DNA of 53,816 bases, counting the filler, from Basidiobolus ranarum (lineage: Eukaryota), in NCBI GenBank assembly GCA_040143965.1. It is 2 parts of 2 records of this genome, joined end to end, with 100 filler letters (N's around TTAATTAATTAA, not from the genome) between each part and the next. Parts side by side here need not be neighbours in the genome. Positions count along the whole stretch, not along the records: positions 27,026 to 53,816 come from JASJQH010000129.1; 1 more part is not named here. One strand, given 5' to 3'. This document shows, piece after piece, positions 51,297 through 53,816 of this stretch (positions within the stretch are counted from its first letter, which is position 1; each line of letters starts with the position of its first letter). The translations under genes and the position numbers were made by a program. Below the pieces are notes generated by a model, which saw only the letters and a program-made list of their open reading frames with translations, was not told where the DNA came from and did no database searches.

Positions 51297-52949
51297 GCAA
51301 GTGGGTGAGCAGGTTTGATAAACCCACGCATCAGATATGAATGGATCAACTATTCTATCTGATTCAGTCTCATTGCCATTCCGAGGCTTATGTTGTCATA
51401 ATAAATGGTCAAGGCAAATGAAATGTCATCAATCCCCATGTTTGGCGTCAAGGCAAGATTCACGAAAGTCCAACTCACTCTAATAACTCTACCGCAAGAT
51501 GAACACACCATGACCAACAAACCATCACCAACGTAATGGAGAATATGAAACCGGATTCACTGGAAAGTACGCAACTCCATATGTAATGTAAAATCCGGTA
51601 GTAATTTGTACGTTTACTTGGCGAAACCCCCCTGGATATCGTGTCAGGTCAAGCCAATTTACACAAGGACACGTTACGACTTTGAATATCGCTTTTAAGA
51701 TATCTACGTGAGAATTTCATAACCGAGCCTGATCAGCCGTAAACCGTTGTAGCAGCCCATCCGAACTGTAACCATAACGTAACCGAGCAACTATCACTGA
51801 GCGATAGTATCTCAGTAATCGCCCATGTATACGTTAGAGATTAACCACACAACTATCAGTTCCGATTTGAACAATCGGCAATGAGCATTAGCACCTAGAA
51901 ATAGCCTAGAATTTAGGCTTCTCTCATTGGAATTCCATTATAGGATTCCTTTATGGGCATGAGAATGGGGATACGCCATGCCCTGTCCTGTCTTGCCCTG
52001 CTCTAACCATTATTTGAGGTTACTCATTCCGATGATCCGGTTGCGAAGATGTCATCTTAACTGTTTCCATTTCGGATTTGGATTTGCACTTAATTTCGTT
52101 TCCGTCACTATTCTTGTTTTCATGGTTACAGATGAGACTCGATTGTGTCAGGTTGATTGGGCTACGGAGGTGCTACGGAGGTCCTACCGTGTTTCTTCTC
52201 GTTTTAGTCATCATTGAATACAAGGTTTTAGACAGTTATCACAAGCCAAATTGATTCTTGAAACACCTATCATTTTGATTCGTTCAATGCATGTTCAATC
52301 TGATTCGTGGTGATTAGTGTGGAACACGGCCATGATTCTTGTAACGTTGAGTGATGGTTAGGGTTAGGGTTAACATTGGGATTCGGATTTGTGGATCTCA
52401 AGGATGAATGGACGATCCATTGATATTTTATGGATGATTCCAGGGTTAGGGTTACAGTGAAGTAAATGTGTATTCACTCTAGCTATCCAACACACCACAG
52501 CCTTTATTTCCTCAACTCATAATGTATCCAATGACTGGATCCTGTGTGAAAACCACACCGTGGATTATCATTGAGAATTGAATCATCCAAATCACATGCT
52601 ACTTTCTGCTAACTTGCACTGGTAACTGCACACTATTAGGCACACTATTAGGTCTGTTCAAAGCGTGGTTATTTTAATTATATTGGTGGTGTTTGAGAGT
52701 AATAAATAACTCCATCATGTTACTACATTTCAGTCAAGATAGATCATATCAATGCTCTAAAATTTGTACAGATATTTTATAAAACTGCTTTTTTAAAACT
52801 AACATATTGAGTTCTTATTGAATAGCTTCTTGACATTCCATATTAACATGGCAATTTGTCAATCATTTGTTGTAGTTTTCAGTAACTATTTGAAGGTGCT
52901 CATAGTAAGTAGAAGAAATAACTGACTGGCATATATTGTATTATTCAAT

Positions 52950-53816
52950 TAAAAAGCAAGATTTGTATTATTATAAGAGATAAAGAAATCCAACAGGTGT
53001 CATGTTTTTATAGTGCCAAGAAAGTCAAGGGAATGATGTAGAAGAGTTGAGTATGAAACTATGTCTTCTCCAACAATATCAACTTTGAATATATATCTGA
53101 AATATTTGAAGTATTCTAGGGGTTGTTGGAAGTGATTTGGAGAACTGAAGAATTAAGGGTTTTCACATAATGATATAATTGAGTGTGAGTTAACATTGAT
53201 AGATTTGTCAAGAGATAGGCAAACAAATGTTTATAATATCTTCAGGAATATGTGTACAAAGTTGGGGTTCTCTTGAACCAGTTTGAGAAAATCAAATAAT
53301 CTTAAACTTCCTAGTTGGTCTCAATATTCAGCGTAAATTCCTCATGAAGATATCACAACAACATGGTGAAATTTAGGTAGCCAACTATATGACTATATAA
53401 ATGCTTAAGCTATGTCATCTTCAACAGATGTTATGACTTTGACTTCAATATGCTATAATTAATATCAAATGTGCTGAACTTAGCATACAAAGTTTTAAGC
53501 GCTTGACTGTAATATTTCAACAGGGTTTATGGTTCATGTATCTTTGGAGATATTACGCTCATCTGCAACATTTTATATATAATCAGTGTGATGTGCTTGG
53601 GCTCATATTCACTTGCTTGCTCAGGTAGCTTGAATGGAGTTTTCAATTAATCTGTTCAGCATTTAAAATCATTAGTCTGTCTGAAGTGGACTTCAGTTGA
53701 ACAGAATACCCTATTTGCAATGGTTCAGTGAGCACTGACAAATCTACTTCCTCAAGATTAATTGAAAAGTTCTATAGTTGTGGTTTGTACATATAGATAG
53801 AGCATTCCATATACCT
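52950..53816 (-). mobile_element. Degenerate Ty1/copia RT-RNase H remnant
   Basis: Colinear minus-strand echoes of VKR (about 53500) and VV..SS...AEY (about 53325-53360). About 53100-53410 aligns in reverse with 1-330. Confidence 0.6.

Noticed and set aside
1..53410. Terminal inverted repeats of a giant (Starship- or Mavericks-like) mobile element spanning the window
   Set aside because: The matching segments are internal copia RNase H coding relics. No tyrosine recombinase captain, transposase or polB gene is present, and the cargo is housekeeping genes.

Overview
Eukaryotic, AT-rich, intron-dense DNA (short GT-AG introns of about 45-140 nt) from a fungus. Gene content and style suggest an early-diverging lineage, possibly Basidiobolus-like (inference only). 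About 20 protein genes can be reconstructed. Lipid-related: two ERG3 sterol C-5 desaturase paralogs flanking ERG1, CHO1, a Slm1-like BAR-PH protein and an Mpo1-like protein. Housekeeping: macrodomain, RPN9, RPS24, VPS17-like, GSH2, MMS2, PHO80-like, a C2 protein, ATP4, an FCP1-type HAD protein and an Nrg1-like zinc finger. Accessory: a secreted beta/gamma-crystallin-like protein and an intronless bacterial-type GH46 chitosanase. Intergenic DNA holds heavily decayed Ty1/copia and Ty3/gypsy remnants, and there is one 100-nt assembly gap with an artificial stop linker. The most notable observations are an orphan protein of four ~65-aa repeats each carrying a PP1-docking RVxF motif, the ERG3-ERG1-ERG3 sterol neighbourhood (one ERG3 lacking its ER-retrieval tail, SRE-like sites upstream of ERG1), and the probably GPI-anchored GH46 chitosanase. 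All calls are by eye and no database searches were run.
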